Notes: generated from the letters alone by a model not told the origin. A stretch of 64,000 nucleotides of DNA from Octopus sinensis (GCF_006345805.1 NC_043004.1:52576001-52640000), one strand, 5' to 3'; positions 27,967 through 41,357 are shown, numbered from the stretch's first letter. Numbers and translations: made by a program.

Positions 27967-30900
27967 ATGTACACATGTTTACATGCATAATATGGACATA
28001 GTACATACATATGTTCGTACGTGTCTTTATCGAAAAATGGTTCATCGCAGACTTCGGAATTTTCGGAGCCGGATCTATATATTTATTTTGCTCTTTATTT
28101 ATTTTATTGCACCGATTTTCTTTATATGAGAAGTCATTTAACCATGTTCTTTGTATATTAAACTTACAAACCTAGTACTTACAAATCCAGTACAACGTTG
28201 CATAAAGCAGCCATAACAAAACTGCTATTGTTATACTGGATGTCTGAGGGTTAAAACGATAGGCAGTGCCGGAACGTACATAGAAAACAAACTATAGATC
28301 CCATGTCTCTTCAAATTTCTTCCCGAAATGTAATAAAGCAGAATAACTGGAATTGAAAAATTGTCCTAAAGAAGCCTAAGAATAGCTGAAGATGGCGATG
28401 GTCTGTTTGATAATGGAATCGTAACAAATCAACACCGATTGTCCATCCATGTTCAACTCAAATTCAAAGATACACACTGGCACACACACATACACACACA
28501 GACACACACAAACACATGCACATACGCATGCATACACACGCACATACGCATACAACGGGATTCTTTCTGCTTTCAATTTTCCTCAACGAAATCCACACAC
28601 ACGGCATTACTCAGCATGGGTCTAAATTAGAACGCACTTCCCAGTATCACACAGTGGGACTGAACCTAGGACGCATGATTAGAAGGCAAGCTTCTTGCCC
28701 ACACTGTCATAATTGAACCTATATACAGAAGAAAATTTGAAAGCAGGTGAGTATTAAAAACAAGAGAACGTACGAGCAAGATTTAATTTATATGTCACCT
28801 TAATGAAAAATATTTAGCGGTTGTAATCATATAAGGAAACGAACGTACAGCTCTAAACATAAAATACTGAAACAAATATGATAGTTTTAAAATATATTGG
28901 ATCTGTATGAGCAAAGGCTTTATTAAATATACTTTGTTTTATGAGTTGTATATTGGATCTAACTAGTGGGAAATAGATATGACTAACCGGAGATTTCGAA
29001 CGCATACGTTATGTCATATTATCAAATATGGTTATACAATTATTGATTTGCAAATAACATTTTTAAAAAAATGTCTATTTATGAAGCTAATTTTATTATA
29101 GATAACAATCTGCCTACAGTATTTGAACGCAAACTAATATTCATATATATAACAACTATTTCAGACTATGCAAATATGCATTCTAATTTGTATTCGCCAT
29201 TGATTTAATCTGCTTTACTGTTATCATATAAGTTATTTTCTAATTTATAGTTGAATATATTCACCTTCCTAAATTTCCTTTAATTTGATATCATATATAA
29301 ATATAAATCATAACATATCAGATAAATTTATACTAAATTTTCAGCATATGGGGAATTTTCATGAGTTTTAACATGAAATTTGCATAAATGTATTATTAAT
29401 CTGATAAAATACTAACAAATATGTCATTTAAAGATACGCATTCTAAATGCATCTATTTTTATTTGTGAGTAAGAAAGTGGCTTTTGGCATGAAAATATTA
29501 TTCCTTTTCAAGTGACCAAGATAATCGTCTCCAATATGTAGTACCACACAAAGAATTATTTCTTGTCGCTGTTTTGTCGATTCATTCAAGTAAAGTTAAC
29601 TGATTAATGAGTTACAACGCGAACAAACGGAACACATTTTTATTTATCTTCATTGCGATCCTTGCTATTTGATAAATTAGATTGATGTTCATATCTAAGA
29701 AAACACTAAAAACTGTGGTTGTGATTCAAACTTTTGATAAATAAAATTTAACTGCCACTTGCATTAAGTTCTGTTCTCTTTTGTACCTATCTCTAAATCT
29801 TCATCCACAACTGCCAGCGTCACATAGAAAAAAGTAACAGACAGTTGAAGATGTAGAGATAAGCCTTTCTGTATTCATTGAGTAAGGCCTAAGTGCCATC
29901 AAAAAAATTCTAGCTGACATATTTTACTGAGAAGGCAGTAAGTATGATCAGGTCTATGTGATAGGATGCTTAATTGTTTTAGAATGCAACCACCTTCACC
30001 TCTCCGTAAATAATTTCAGGTTCAGATAAACGTAGTAATCTCCCAGGCCGTTAGTACTCAGAACATCGAAGTTAATTTGATATAGATCATCAAAAACGTA
30101 AATTCTTTAAACAATTATATGTCAAACTCCACACAATAACCTAACGTACAAATTCTCAGCAATAAACTAAATGCTGTAGCTGAAATAAAACACATACACA
30201 TAAAAGACTTATTAACATCATCGCCCAAACACTCAAGAAAACGTATTAGAGAACGTCAATGGTGCTAATCACTTTTTGTAACGACAGAAGAACGGACGGC
30301 CTCACCTTTTCCAACTCTAGATGCAGATTAGGTGACACTGCTATGAGTACAATAGGCGTGCTAATAAGAGTATTGTCGATGTCACGAACTCCGCTGTCTG
30401 AAAGATAAACGTTTGAATAAATGGGTCTTCACCAACACCTTCAGCAGCAGGTTATACAGTATTATGAGTGACGCAGCTTCAAGATCCAACGAGCATCGGC
30501 ATCATAGATTTCTATCGTTCCATGCCAAAATCTGTACTACTGATGACACCAGAATCCTTCGCTGGAATCAGCAACGCCGAGGTAACTAATTCCGGAGGAT
30601 AGAAAATAACTTTTGTTTCGTGATTACTTCCCCTGCGTAAGATAGAAGGGAAATGGCTGTTTGACGTCTTTATGAGATCTGCGATGTAGCTGAAATCACT
30701 GACCACGTCGAATAATTCTGCTCCCTCGAAACAAATAAGCGTACATACCATACAGTTCGGCTTTGCACATAGTTTAGTAGTTTAGAACGGGTTATCTCAA
30801 GTATTGTAGACGTCCAAACCACAAATAATTTCAAAAAAACTCTAATACTCATCTTCAAAGAGTTCGATCTAACTATAACCGTTACTACGAATTCAAACAA

Positions 30901-31065
30901 TATTTAGAGTGGATGTTACTCTAAACATTTTGACATGCAAATGCCACGTCTACAGAGTGATGAGCCAGAAAGCTTCAGTCCATTAGCCAGAAGTTTCAAT
31001 CCATTGAAACTTCGTTAATTTCCCGCTATAATTAGAAATGGGGTCATAGATGTTAGTAGAACCTT

Positions 31066-31164
31066 CGTCTACCCAGCTGCAAAGAGATACTAGGCGTCTA
31101 CCCAGCTGCAAAGAGATACTAGGCGTCTACCCAGCTGCAAAGAGATACTAGGCGTCTACCCAGC
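31066..31164. repeat. 29-bp minisatellite, 3.4 perfect copies (cgtctacccagctgcaaagagatactagg)
   Basis: Copies at 31066, 31095, 31124 and a partial copy at 31153; no spacers. Confidence 0.95.
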
Positions 31165-31489
31165 AGCTTCATGTGGAGACTATGATTGCACCTCAAAATC
31201 GGAAAAAATTGAGAAAAGTTAATCAAGTCTAATCCCCTATTCAGTCAACATCACTCTACCGTCTCTCACTAATTAGCCAGCTTTTTTCAAACAAATTAGA
31301 GACAGTTTTCTGCCCCAGATGAAACAGCATTTCACACATAATTTTAAGGAATCTCTAATATGCATAAAGTATTTAGCTACCGTTTTGTAGACATTATAAC
31401 TTCTAAAATCGAAAACTACTATAACAAAATTTAAAAAAAGAACAAGCTTCCACACTGAATCGCATCACTCTTCACTGTACTCTTAAAAT

Positions 31490-31910
31490 GCTTTGGTCTA
31501 TAGAGCTACCTATTCAACTTCCTATGACAGAACGAGAATCTATCTCACCCTAATAAACAATCATTGAAAAGAAATATCTAGAAAACCTAGGCATTCATTC
31601 AGGAGTATAGTGTGTGAAACCATCATTTTTTGTCACACGTTATCTCGATACTCTGAGGTGAAGAAACCTTCCTCAAATATTATATTACGAGACTTCAACT
31701 TACGCATCTTGAACTCGCACTTATGTACTCTTTTTCATATACTGTCATATACTACAATATCAATTTACAGAAAAACTGTCCAATCGTGCCATTAATGTTG
31801 CTTAGTAGTGCACAGTACGAACTTATCGCGTATAATTTTGCTCAGTATGTCTCCCATCAATCTAATTCAATCGGCGCAACTTCCACGCTTCCATGGTCGC
31901 TAAAGAACTG
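31490..31910 (+). pseudogene. Possible decayed LINE apurinic-type endonuclease fragment
   Basis: VYRAT (VYRPP-like) followed by NIILRDFNL (IILGDFN-like); heavily degraded. Confidence 0.35.
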
Positions 31911-32662
31911 ATATATAACGACGTCAAATAACGACGTGGTGTATTCCACCACGTAGAAGAGTTGCTAGAGATTCCCCTTCGTATAGTACAATATCTACCT
32001 ACCTGAATGATGTTATGAAATTTTAGAAACCTATAGAAAACTCTGCATTGAGAGTGTATCCTACATCATATGGCACTATTTGTGGTTAGCTTTTGCCAAT
32101 TAACAGAACGCATCAATGGAAACCCGAAATGTTTTTACACCTTATTTTGATCTCAATCTGAAAATAGACGTAGTTGGAATTAGAGAGCCATTGACATCAA
32201 CACAGTTTTGAATGGTATCCAGCCGCGTCAAATTATAAATGAATAAGATATTCTTGTATATAAGCTAAGATGTATTGTCTTTCAAGTGTACAATTATCTG
32301 AATATTACACATAGGTACAGACGTGGCTGGGTGGTAAGAAGTTTGATTCTCAACCACATGTTTCGGGCTTCAGTCACACTGCCTGGCACCTTGGACGAGT
32401 GTCTTCTACTCTAGCCTCAGACTGACTATATTTGTACACTTGTGTCTGTGCTTGTCCGACTACAATCATCTGACATCCGTCGTTGGTGTATTTCCGTCCA
32501 CTTAATGTATCGGTTCGGCAAAAGTGAGGGTCGTATTCATTACGATTGCTATTTTCCAGTAAATATTGGTGCCTTGTTGTACCATTTATCTATTTTTATA
32601 TGAATAATTTTACCCTTATGGGCTATCTTTTACTGGAAAGTAATACATTCGTATTGCATTAT

Positions 32663-32693
<31 letters not shown>

Positions 32694-32704
32694 TATATAT
32701 ATAC

Positions 32705-32756
<52 letters not shown>

Positions 32757-32794
32757 GAAAGAAGGTTTTAAAATGCAATTTAAAAGATGTTTAT

Positions 32795-32839
32795 TTACTT
32801 AACCGGTTTCACTCTTTGGAAAAAGTTTGTCAAAAGTAA
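32795..32839 (-). ncRNA. Minimal type I hammerhead ribozyme, U3-A8 core variant (predicted)
   Basis: Minus strand ttactt-TTGACAA-actttt(tcca)aagagt-GAAAC-cg-GTT-aagtaa: 6-bp stem I, 6-bp stem II, palindromic stem III ACCGGT, about 40 nt from (TA)n. Confidence 0.7.
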
Positions 32840-34136
32840 CATATGGAAGTTTGGTTGCGTTAATTATTGGTTGCTGCAAATTGCTACATTACATGTATAT
32901 ATACAGTCTTTGGTAACAGGGACATGTTAAGGACATAAAAAAGTACAACAGTATGATGAGAATATAAAGAGGTTTAACAAGCTCATTGACAAAATGGGCA
33001 GAAAAGATTAAAACAAATATATTATACATCTCAGGGTAATTTCCAGGAGGAATTATCAAAAAAATTTCAGTACAGAATATTATGAATTCAAAAAAATTTA
33101 CATCAAGATTTACATTAATGTAGTGGCGAGGTTGTTTACTGACCTGTCCGTTTTAGCAGAAATGTGGAATTGAAAAAGATGTACCTGGTTTTTCTTTTTT
33201 TGGCTCTCCTTCAAGCATCAATGATTTTGGGGTTAGGATGAGGTGAATATGTGTGACTCTGCGTGTATGTGTGCGTGCATACATATACATGTGCTGTGAA
33301 TAGATGTGTCTGTGTGTCTGTAGTATTTGGTCAGATGGCGTCTGTTTGTCAAGTCTGTGTGGTTGTCATGGTGTTGTGTGTGCGTGTGTGTGTGTGTGTG
33401 TGTGTGCGTGTGCGTGCGTGTGTACGCATGCATGAGTGTGGATGGCATTTGACATGGTGCTGCATGTGTATATATGTGCCTGTATGGAGGTGAGATTGGT
33501 GTGAGTGTGTGTGTCCCTGTGTGTGTGCACATACACGTATACAAGTGTCTGCGTGTGTGTGGGGGCTGTTTTTGATTGGTTCCAGGGTGGAGAAAATAGA
33601 TGTGTGTTGGTTAAAGAATTTTTTGGGGTAGGATGGTGTGTGTATATATGCGTGTATATATGTGTGTGTATGATGTATGTGTGTGTGTGTGTGTGTATAT
33701 ATGTATATGTAGTGTGTATGTATGGCCCGCACGCACGCACGCAAACACACCCATATGGCCAATAAGCGTAGGATATGTACAAAAATATTAATTATTTCTT
33801 ATTGGTAACACGTATTTTTACGGTAAAACTACCGTTTCTAAAGTACAGTGTCAATCTAATGAAGCCAAATTGATTAGGTTCGTCGAAAATAATTTTCAAA
33901 TCCACAAATATATATTTTTTAAGCATTTACATGAGAAACGGTGCTTCATTTTTTAAGTTTAGCAACAACAGAAAAATGTAGGGGAGGGGGAAGTAAAATC
34001 AATACAATCTAGGGAAATAGTTAAGATCAAGAATTCGAGCAAATCTATTGTTTTTATTTTATCATAATATTCATGCAGCCAGGAAATTGGCATTTTTTCT
34101 AGTCCACTTGTGTCGGTTTCCTTCATCCATCTACTC

Positions 34137-34187
<51 letters not shown>

Positions 34188-34444
34188 CCTTCTCACTCAC
34201 TCTCTCACTCTCTCTCTCTCTCTCTCTCCGTTTCTCGTTCCCTAAGTAAAATACATAGGCGGAGGAATACACATATAAATGCCTGTATGTATGCGTATAA
34301 TTTATATGCTTCAGTACGAATGTGAGTGAATGCGCCAGATAGCGCATGACGGAATGAGCAACATTCTGAAAGAGGAAAATAGTGAACTAGAATAATGGCG
34401 CATATATGTGTTATGGTTTAATGTGTATACATACAAACATACAT

Positions 34445-34494
<50 letters not shown>

Positions 34495-34537
34495 GTGTAT
34501 GTAAAGTTATAATTTAGCACAAACAGTAAAAAGTTGT

Positions 34538-34605
34538 CATTATAGTACTCGGAGTTTCTAATGTCGGAGCGAAGGGCTACGATGCATTCTCGTCAGCTAT
34601 TAATG
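34538..34605 (-). ncRNA. Type I hammerhead ribozyme (predicted)
   Basis: Minus strand cattaatag-CTGACGA-gaatgcatcgtagcccttcgctccgacatta-GAAACT-ccg-AGTA-ctataatg: 8-bp bulged stem I, extended stem II (aatg/catt, tcg/cga, agc/gct), 3-bp stem III, GUA triplet. The first stem II pair is a G-A mismatch. Confidence 0.7.
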
Positions 34606-34753
34606 GCAGCAGACATTACAGAAATATCTGAAGGCAGTCTTTTCATATAAGCCCAACCCTCATGTTCTGTAAATATGAAAGGCTATCAGCTACTATATTT
34701 GGGAAAATTTCGTTTGAGACATTTTCCCCCCACCTGTAGACATGTGAAAATGA

Positions 34754-34791
<38 letters not shown>

Positions 34792-34816
34792 TATATTATA
34801 TATATATATATATATA

Positions 34817-35192
34817 TGAGTGGCTGTGTGGTAAGTAGCTTGCTTACGAACCACATGGTTCCGGGTTCAGTCCCACTGCGTGGCAACTTGGGCAACTGTC
34901 TTCTACTATAGCCTCGGGCCGACCATAGCCTTGTGAGTGGATTTGGTAGACGGAAACTGAAAGAAGCCCGTCGTATATATGTATATATATATATATATAT
35001 ATGTGCGTTTGTTTGTGTGTCTGAGTTTGACCCCTAGCATTGCTTGACAACCGATGCGGTTCGGCAAAACAGACCGATAGAATAAGTACTGGGCTTACAA
35101 AGAATAAGTCCCGGGGTCGATTTGCTCGATTTAAGCCGGTGCTCCAGCATGGCCGCAGTCAAATGATTGAAACAAGTAAAAGAGTAAAAGAG

Positions 35193-35193
<1 letters not shown>
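34817..35193 (+). mobile_element. SINE family A, near full length
   Basis: Homologous throughout to 11575-11948, with a small internal deletion. Confidence 0.85.
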
Positions 35194-35243
<50 letters not shown>

Positions 35244-35803
35244 TGTCTCTATGTGTATGTGTATATGTCTGCGTGTGGTGTGTGTGTGTGTAAAGTGCTT
35301 AGATATCTTTGGTAATTGTTTACATATTCTTTCGGTACTGCATGTTTTGTGTATGTCTGCATCAATTTTCAGACATCTCATTCTTATTTATACATCCTGA
35401 ATATTATTCGTTTATTTGCATAGAATTTCTTAAGAAGTCCCCCAAAATATCGTAAAATAGGCTTTTCATCGTTTATCGGATTCCACTACAACAAATCTGG
35501 ATATTTCTCCTAACTTTCATACGCTTTTTTTTTCCTTTCATTAATACCCATTGATTTTAAAGTAATTTCGTTAAAATTTATCACATTTTTCAAATTCCAG
35601 ATTTTTGTTCTTTTAAAATAGTCTTTTATATTCGTAATTTAATCATGTTTGTTTAGATTTTAGATAAAACTGAAGTGCTCCCGATTAAATATTTTCATTT
35701 TTTCGACATGTTTTCGTTTTCAATAAATTATTTCTTTTCTTTTTATACTCCTTGTACTGTTTTTATCACCCCTTTCTGTATGGATCCTATTTGTGTTACT
35801 ATA

Positions 35804-36298
35804 CAGTGGTTGGACAAAATAATGGAAACACCTTAAAATTTCAAACAAATTGATATTAGTATGGGGTAGGATTATTTTTAGCAGTAATTACAGCTTGGGT
35901 CCCATGAGGTATAGACTCGTAAAAAGTCCGAGTTGATTCCAAAGGTAGTTTTGTCCATTCTTCAGCTAAAATAGTTTCCACTTCCTGTAGTGGTAATGAT
36001 GGTGGAGGATATCGACCCCTTACTTTTTTTTCTAAAATGCACCAAAAATGTTTAATAATATGGGGATCTGGGGACAATGGTGGCCAGATAAGATGCTCAA
36101 AGGTGAAGCAATGGCTATAGACGTAGGAGTAGCTGTGCGGTAAGTAGCTTGCATACCAACCACATGATTCTGGGTTCAGCCCCACTGCGTGGCTCCTTCG
36201 GTAAGTGTTTTCTACTATAGCCTCGAACCTACCAAACCATGTAAGAGGATTTGGTAGACGGAATCTGAAAGAAGTATGGCGTATATATGTATATATAT

Positions 36299-36329
<31 letters not shown>

Positions 36330-36420
36330 TTATTTATTTTTTTTTTCTAGTTTCAGCTCAGACCTGCGGCCATGCTGATGCACCGCCGTTTATATATATA
36401 TAATATATATATATATATAT

Positions 36421-36455
<35 letters not shown>

Positions 36456-37190
36456 TTGTGCGTGTCTATATGTTTGTGCGTCTGTGTTGTCCCCCCAACA
36501 TCACCTGGCAAACGATGCTGGTGTGTTTATGTCCCTGTAATTTAGCGGTTCGGCAAAAGAGAGCGATAGGCTTACAAAGAATAAGTCCAGGGGTCGATTT
36601 GCTGGACTAAAGGCGGTGCTCCACGATGGCTGCAGTCAAATGACTGAAACAAGTAAAAGAGTAAAAGAGAACTTCACTAGAATGTACTTTTGCCATTCAG
36701 TTACAATGTTAGCTGTGTGAATTGGTGCATTATCATCCTGAAAGATTGCTTTTCCCCCCGGAAATAGTTCCGCAACCATAGGATGAATTACATCAAATAA
36801 AATGCTTAAATAGTAAATTAATTCTGCCATGAAAGGAAACCACTGTGCTAAGATATAGATATAGCCCCAAGATCTATATATAGATCCAAGATATACCTCC
36901 CCTCCTACCAGATCCTCACAGATCCTCCTCTATATTTAACAGTTGGAAGAGGGAAGTCTGGCTCAAATGCTTCTTGTGGCTATCTCCACACATATACTCG
37001 GTCGAGGGTTAGAGATAAGGTAAGGTATGACTCGTCCAAGAAAATAACATGCTCCCAGTGTTCTAGGGACTGATTCTGTAGGTTTTTACTCCACTTTAAA
37101 CGCTTTGCAACGTTTGTTTTTGATAATGGTGGTTTTCTGATTGCAGCCCTCCCGTGAAATCCAGTTTGCGCAGCTTCCGGTGAACAGTTT
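35804..37190 (-). mobile_element. Decayed Tc1-type (DD34E-like) transposon interrupted by a SINE and truncated by a PLE
   Basis: TA|cagtggttggacaaaataatggaaaca TIR-like end. Minus frames give AIFQDDNAPIHTA and EHLIWPPLSPDPHIIKHFW...YESIP...VITAKNNPTPY*. Confidence 0.8.
36120..36668 (+). mobile_element. SINE family A inserted in the Tc1 element
   Basis: Head and tail homologous to 11575-11948; it splits the Tc1 coding sequence. Confidence 0.85.
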
Positions 37191-37194
37191 ACCT

Positions 37195-38280
37195 CCGCAG
37201 AGGTAATTCATCGGAATTTAACTGTCACAACAACTTATAAAGAAGAATTCCCTGTATTAGATGGTGGCCTTTATCGGGACTACGCACTATTCTTTGGAAA
37301 TATCCCCAAAGATTACTCGAACTCTACAAAATTAGACTATACAATTTTTTTCAAAAACCAAGGACTGTCTATTACTATTCAAAAAGATAACAACTCTGTG
37401 GATTTCCTAGGTGTTAACTTTAATCTTAATCTTTCCTCTGTCAGCCTTACCATAAACTTAACAACAATATCACATACATAAACGCTCAAAGTAACCATCC
37501 TTATAACATTATAAAAACCTGACCACTAACATAGAAAAAAGAACTAATCTATCAACATCTAACGAAGAAATTTTTAACAAACATAAAGACTATTATAACC
37601 TAGCACTTAAGAAGGCAGGATACACATATGAAATTAAGTACAATTAAAACGATAGCATCATTACTAATAATACTAAAATTTATCTTGATATGAACCACAT
37701 AGATATTATCACTGAACCTAAGTCACCTGATGAAGTAGTACACCCCGACAAACATATAAATAAAACTCTTAATAATAATAATCAACACAACGTTAGCAAT
37801 AGACACTGCAATAAACATACTAATAAACTTAATCAATACCAGAACCATAACCTAAATATTACTAAAAGAAAAAAATAATATAAACTTTAGCAATTCCCAC
37901 CTTACTTTAATACTAATATTAATAAACCCAAGAATACTAGGAACAAACACCAAACATACTTAATTATAGATAAAAATAATAATATTAACCCAATAAACAT
38001 AAAAGATGAAAATAATCTCATTTCAACTAATCCCTCCAATAGTACACATAACCACAGAAATCATATTAATATAAATAGGAATAAAATAGCGAAAAAGAAA
38101 CCAATATCATGTGTGAAAATAGCTGACCTCCCAAATATAACCCATCACTCCAATAAGGAAAACACCAATAGCACTACTTGGATCATAATATCTTTTGCCA
38201 AACATGTCGAATCTAATTTTATTAGATCCATTAGAAATATAATTAATAAGAAATTTACAAATTCCAAACACCACACTTAG
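37195..38280 (+). pseudogene. Penelope-like element RT remnant
   Basis: EEFPVLDGGLYRDYAL (GLYRDDGL-like), VDFLGVNFNL, PYHKLNNNITYINAQSNHPYNIIK, FNKHKDYYNLALKKAGY; multiple stops. Confidence 0.8.
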
Positions 38281-38587
38281 TATTGTTTATAACTGGCAGG
38301 TCACATCCTAATTCAAACATAGCTATGCTTTTCCGCTGGACTTTTCTATACAACTTCCTTTACACACACGACTTATTTAGAGTTAGAATTATTTATCTCC
38401 TTACTTTTCTATAGAGGGAACATCTCATAAAACCTTTTTCACATATATTGTCAAATAAGCGTTAGTTGCTTTGGTTTTCCTTTATACCTAACTAGACTCA
38501 AATAAGGATACATAGGAATATCTGAAATCATTCTCTGCTATTCTCTTTATAAAGTCTTTTGAAATAATTTTTTGGGTTTATACTGCT

Positions 38588-38702
38588 TGCACTGAGGAGA
38601 ACCGTAATATATAATTAATTTAATTTAAAATTAATTTACTTATTCCTCTTCGACCATGGATTTGCATGATTTTAATATCACTGTACGAAACAATCGCCTG
38701 CA
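38588..38702 (+). ncRNA. Degenerate hammerhead motif in the probable pLTR downstream of the PLE RT
   Basis: tgca-CTGAGGA-gaaccgtaatat...atatcactgtac-GAAAC-aatc-GCC-tgca. The triplet is GCC rather than GUC, so it is likely inactive. Confidence 0.55.
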
Positions 38703-38932
38703 TGAATTAAAATTGTCTTAAGTTTTAATAACATCTCTTCTCCATTTTTAACAAAGTTGTTGAGATTTATGGGATTTGCTTCCATAAATACACATAACAC
38801 ACCATATACAATTATTGTTTTGTTACTCGCAAACTTACGCCAATGAGCTACCAGCAAAATATGAAGGATCTATAATAGAAATCGTTTGGGAATCCTCCAA
38901 ATTAAAGGATGAAGTATAATTCACCTTTTTCG

Positions 38933-38974
<42 letters not shown>

Positions 38975-39216
38975 TACATACATACAGGAGTAAGTGCTCA
39001 TAATTGAAACACCCCCTGTACTAAATAGGATATACACATAGAAGGTAGTAATACATATATATATGTATGTATATATAAAATATAAAATGGGACAAGAATG
39101 CAAAATATTCAAATAGACGATACAAAAAACACAGACGGTTCATTCGAAGACTCTAACCTTCAGTCAAGAACCGGATTATCCTCGCAATTTCGGCTGATTA
39201 TTAATGTATATATATA

Positions 39217-39300
<84 letters not shown>

Positions 39301-40215
39301 CGTATGTATGTATTATGTATGTATACATGTTGGCATATATGTATGTATACACGAACTATACGCATATAAAACAGATGATGAATTATATACACGCAGACAC
39401 ATAAAAACATGAAAATCGCCCCATTCATCTTATTATATATAAATATATTAGAATTACACAGACACAGACACACACAGACAGATATATATATATATATATA
39501 TATATATATGGATTGCTACCCAAAAATAATAACAGTGATATTAATTCAGGAAGATTTAAAATATCATTCAGCGAACAATACATACGATAACGACATTCAC
39601 GAATCAATAATCTAGTATTGTTACAAATATATTTATTTAATCGTCAACAAGACGTCAAGTCGATATTATCTACGCTAACTGATAAACAAAGCAAAATATT
39701 TTAATTCCCAAACGAGACGAAAAATACTTCGAATTTCGAACCGATACTAAATCTTCAGTTCTTTAGATAATCTTGATCGTGTTTCTTTAAACAAATCCAA
39801 CAAAATCTATTTTAATTCATATGACAATCCTTATCTTGCTCGATAATCACACATGATTGTTTTAGAATTTCAATCTTATACTTCGATTATTTTCCAAGCT
39901 TCATTAGTGAACGTGCGTATGCTTCTGTAGAAAGGCACGCCTGCTGAAACATAGTACACTTAGACACAAATTCATGCGCGCAAACACAGTCTCACATACA
40001 CACATACACACATACTCAAATACAACGAAACAGACAGAAGTATAATTAAACTGAGTGAAAGAGATACACTGATACAGAGAAAGAAAGAGAGAGAGAGAGA
40101 GAGGTAGAGAAAGAGAGAGGTAGAGAAAATTGCAATCTTTTGGTCTTAGTTACGTAAAATAGACATGAGTTCAGTGTTACAAATATGTATGTACACCCAT
40201 GTATGAATGTATGTA

Positions 40216-40257
<42 letters not shown>

Positions 40258-40792
40258 ATATATATTATATTAAATTAGAGACAATTTAATATAATATAAT
40301 ATTTTACTATAAAATTGGATTCAATCCTAAATCTGATTTTTCCCTGTAAGTTTGGATTTATTCCCTAATATTTATTATTATATATATATATATACACGCA
40401 CCCACGCATGAATGTAGGCACGCACACACACATACACACACACACGTGCACACACAAACACGCACACACACACATACACACTTATGATATATATTTAATT
40501 GATTAGCACGTCTCTGGAGTAGCCACATGGAAGCAAAGTTTTTTGGGAGTGTAAGAGCCGAAAGCAAACAAAGCTGTTTCGAGCCCCAGCTCGTTAGCAC
40601 ATCAGACAAAATGCTTAATTTCCCTTTGTCACGTCCTTAAGTTTTGAGTTCAAATTCCGCTGCAGTCGAGTTTGCCTTTCATCCTTTCGCGTTCGATAAA
40701 TTATGTACCAGTGTAGCAATGTGGTCGATGAAATCGACTCGTCCACACCCCTAAATTTCTATAGCAGAAAGGATGGTAACACTCTAAGTGTA

Positions 40793-41008
40793 TATTTCTT
40801 TACTACCCACAAGGGGCTAAACACAGAGGGGACAAACAAGGACAGACAAAGGGATTAAGTCGACTACATCGACCCCAGTTCGTAACTGGTAATTAATTTA
40901 TCGACCCCGAAAGGATGAAAGGCAAAGTCGACCTCGGAACGTAATGACCGACGAAATACGGTTACAAATTTCGTCCGGCGTGCTAGCGTTTCTACCAGCT
41001 CGCCGCCC
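40793..41008 (-). mobile_element. SINE family B with a 19-bp target-site duplication
   Basis: tggtaacactctaagtgta at both 40774-40792 and 41009-41027; head ggcggcgagctggtagaaacg on the minus strand. Confidence 0.9.
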
Positions 41009-41029
41009 TGGTAACACTCTAAGTGTAGA

Positions 41030-41357
41030 CCAGTGAGTCGGACAGAAGGAATTGGAGGAGGCACATGCTCTTGGGTTTTCAGGGAAATCTCGGACAGCAG
41101 GGTTGTTCGATTATGCCTAGAGGCATTCCAGTATCAGGAGAGTCACCTTTCTATCAGCCTCCTCACCAATCTTCTTTTAAACCTTTGTATGCTATGCAAA
41201 TCTCCATTCTTTTACAGTGTATACCGCGTATACTTAGTTGCTTCATTTCTCTCTCTCGCTTTTATCATTTCATGTTATATAAACTCCCGTACCTTATGTT
41301 TGTCTTTGTATTGTCCCCTTCAACCATCGCCCTTGTGGCAGATAAATGAAGTCCTCA
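41030..41357 (+). mobile_element. Probable LINE 3' end fragment (clade uncertain)
   Basis: GC-richer segment, then a pyrimidine-rich UTR ending ttgtcccc...gcccttgtggcagataaa and an (ATT)n tail. Confidence 0.4.

Noticed and set aside
30500-30800. Possible RT fragments (TDDTRI on plus, VVSDFSYI on minus)
   Set aside because: Too short and degraded to assign.
31066-31164. CRISPR-like 29-bp repeats
   Set aside because: No spacers, no cas genes, eukaryotic context.
39720-39763. Minus-strand CTGAAGA...GAAA-ttcgaa-GTA motif
   Set aside because: Stem II is unpaired and stem I is only weak A-U/G-U pairing.
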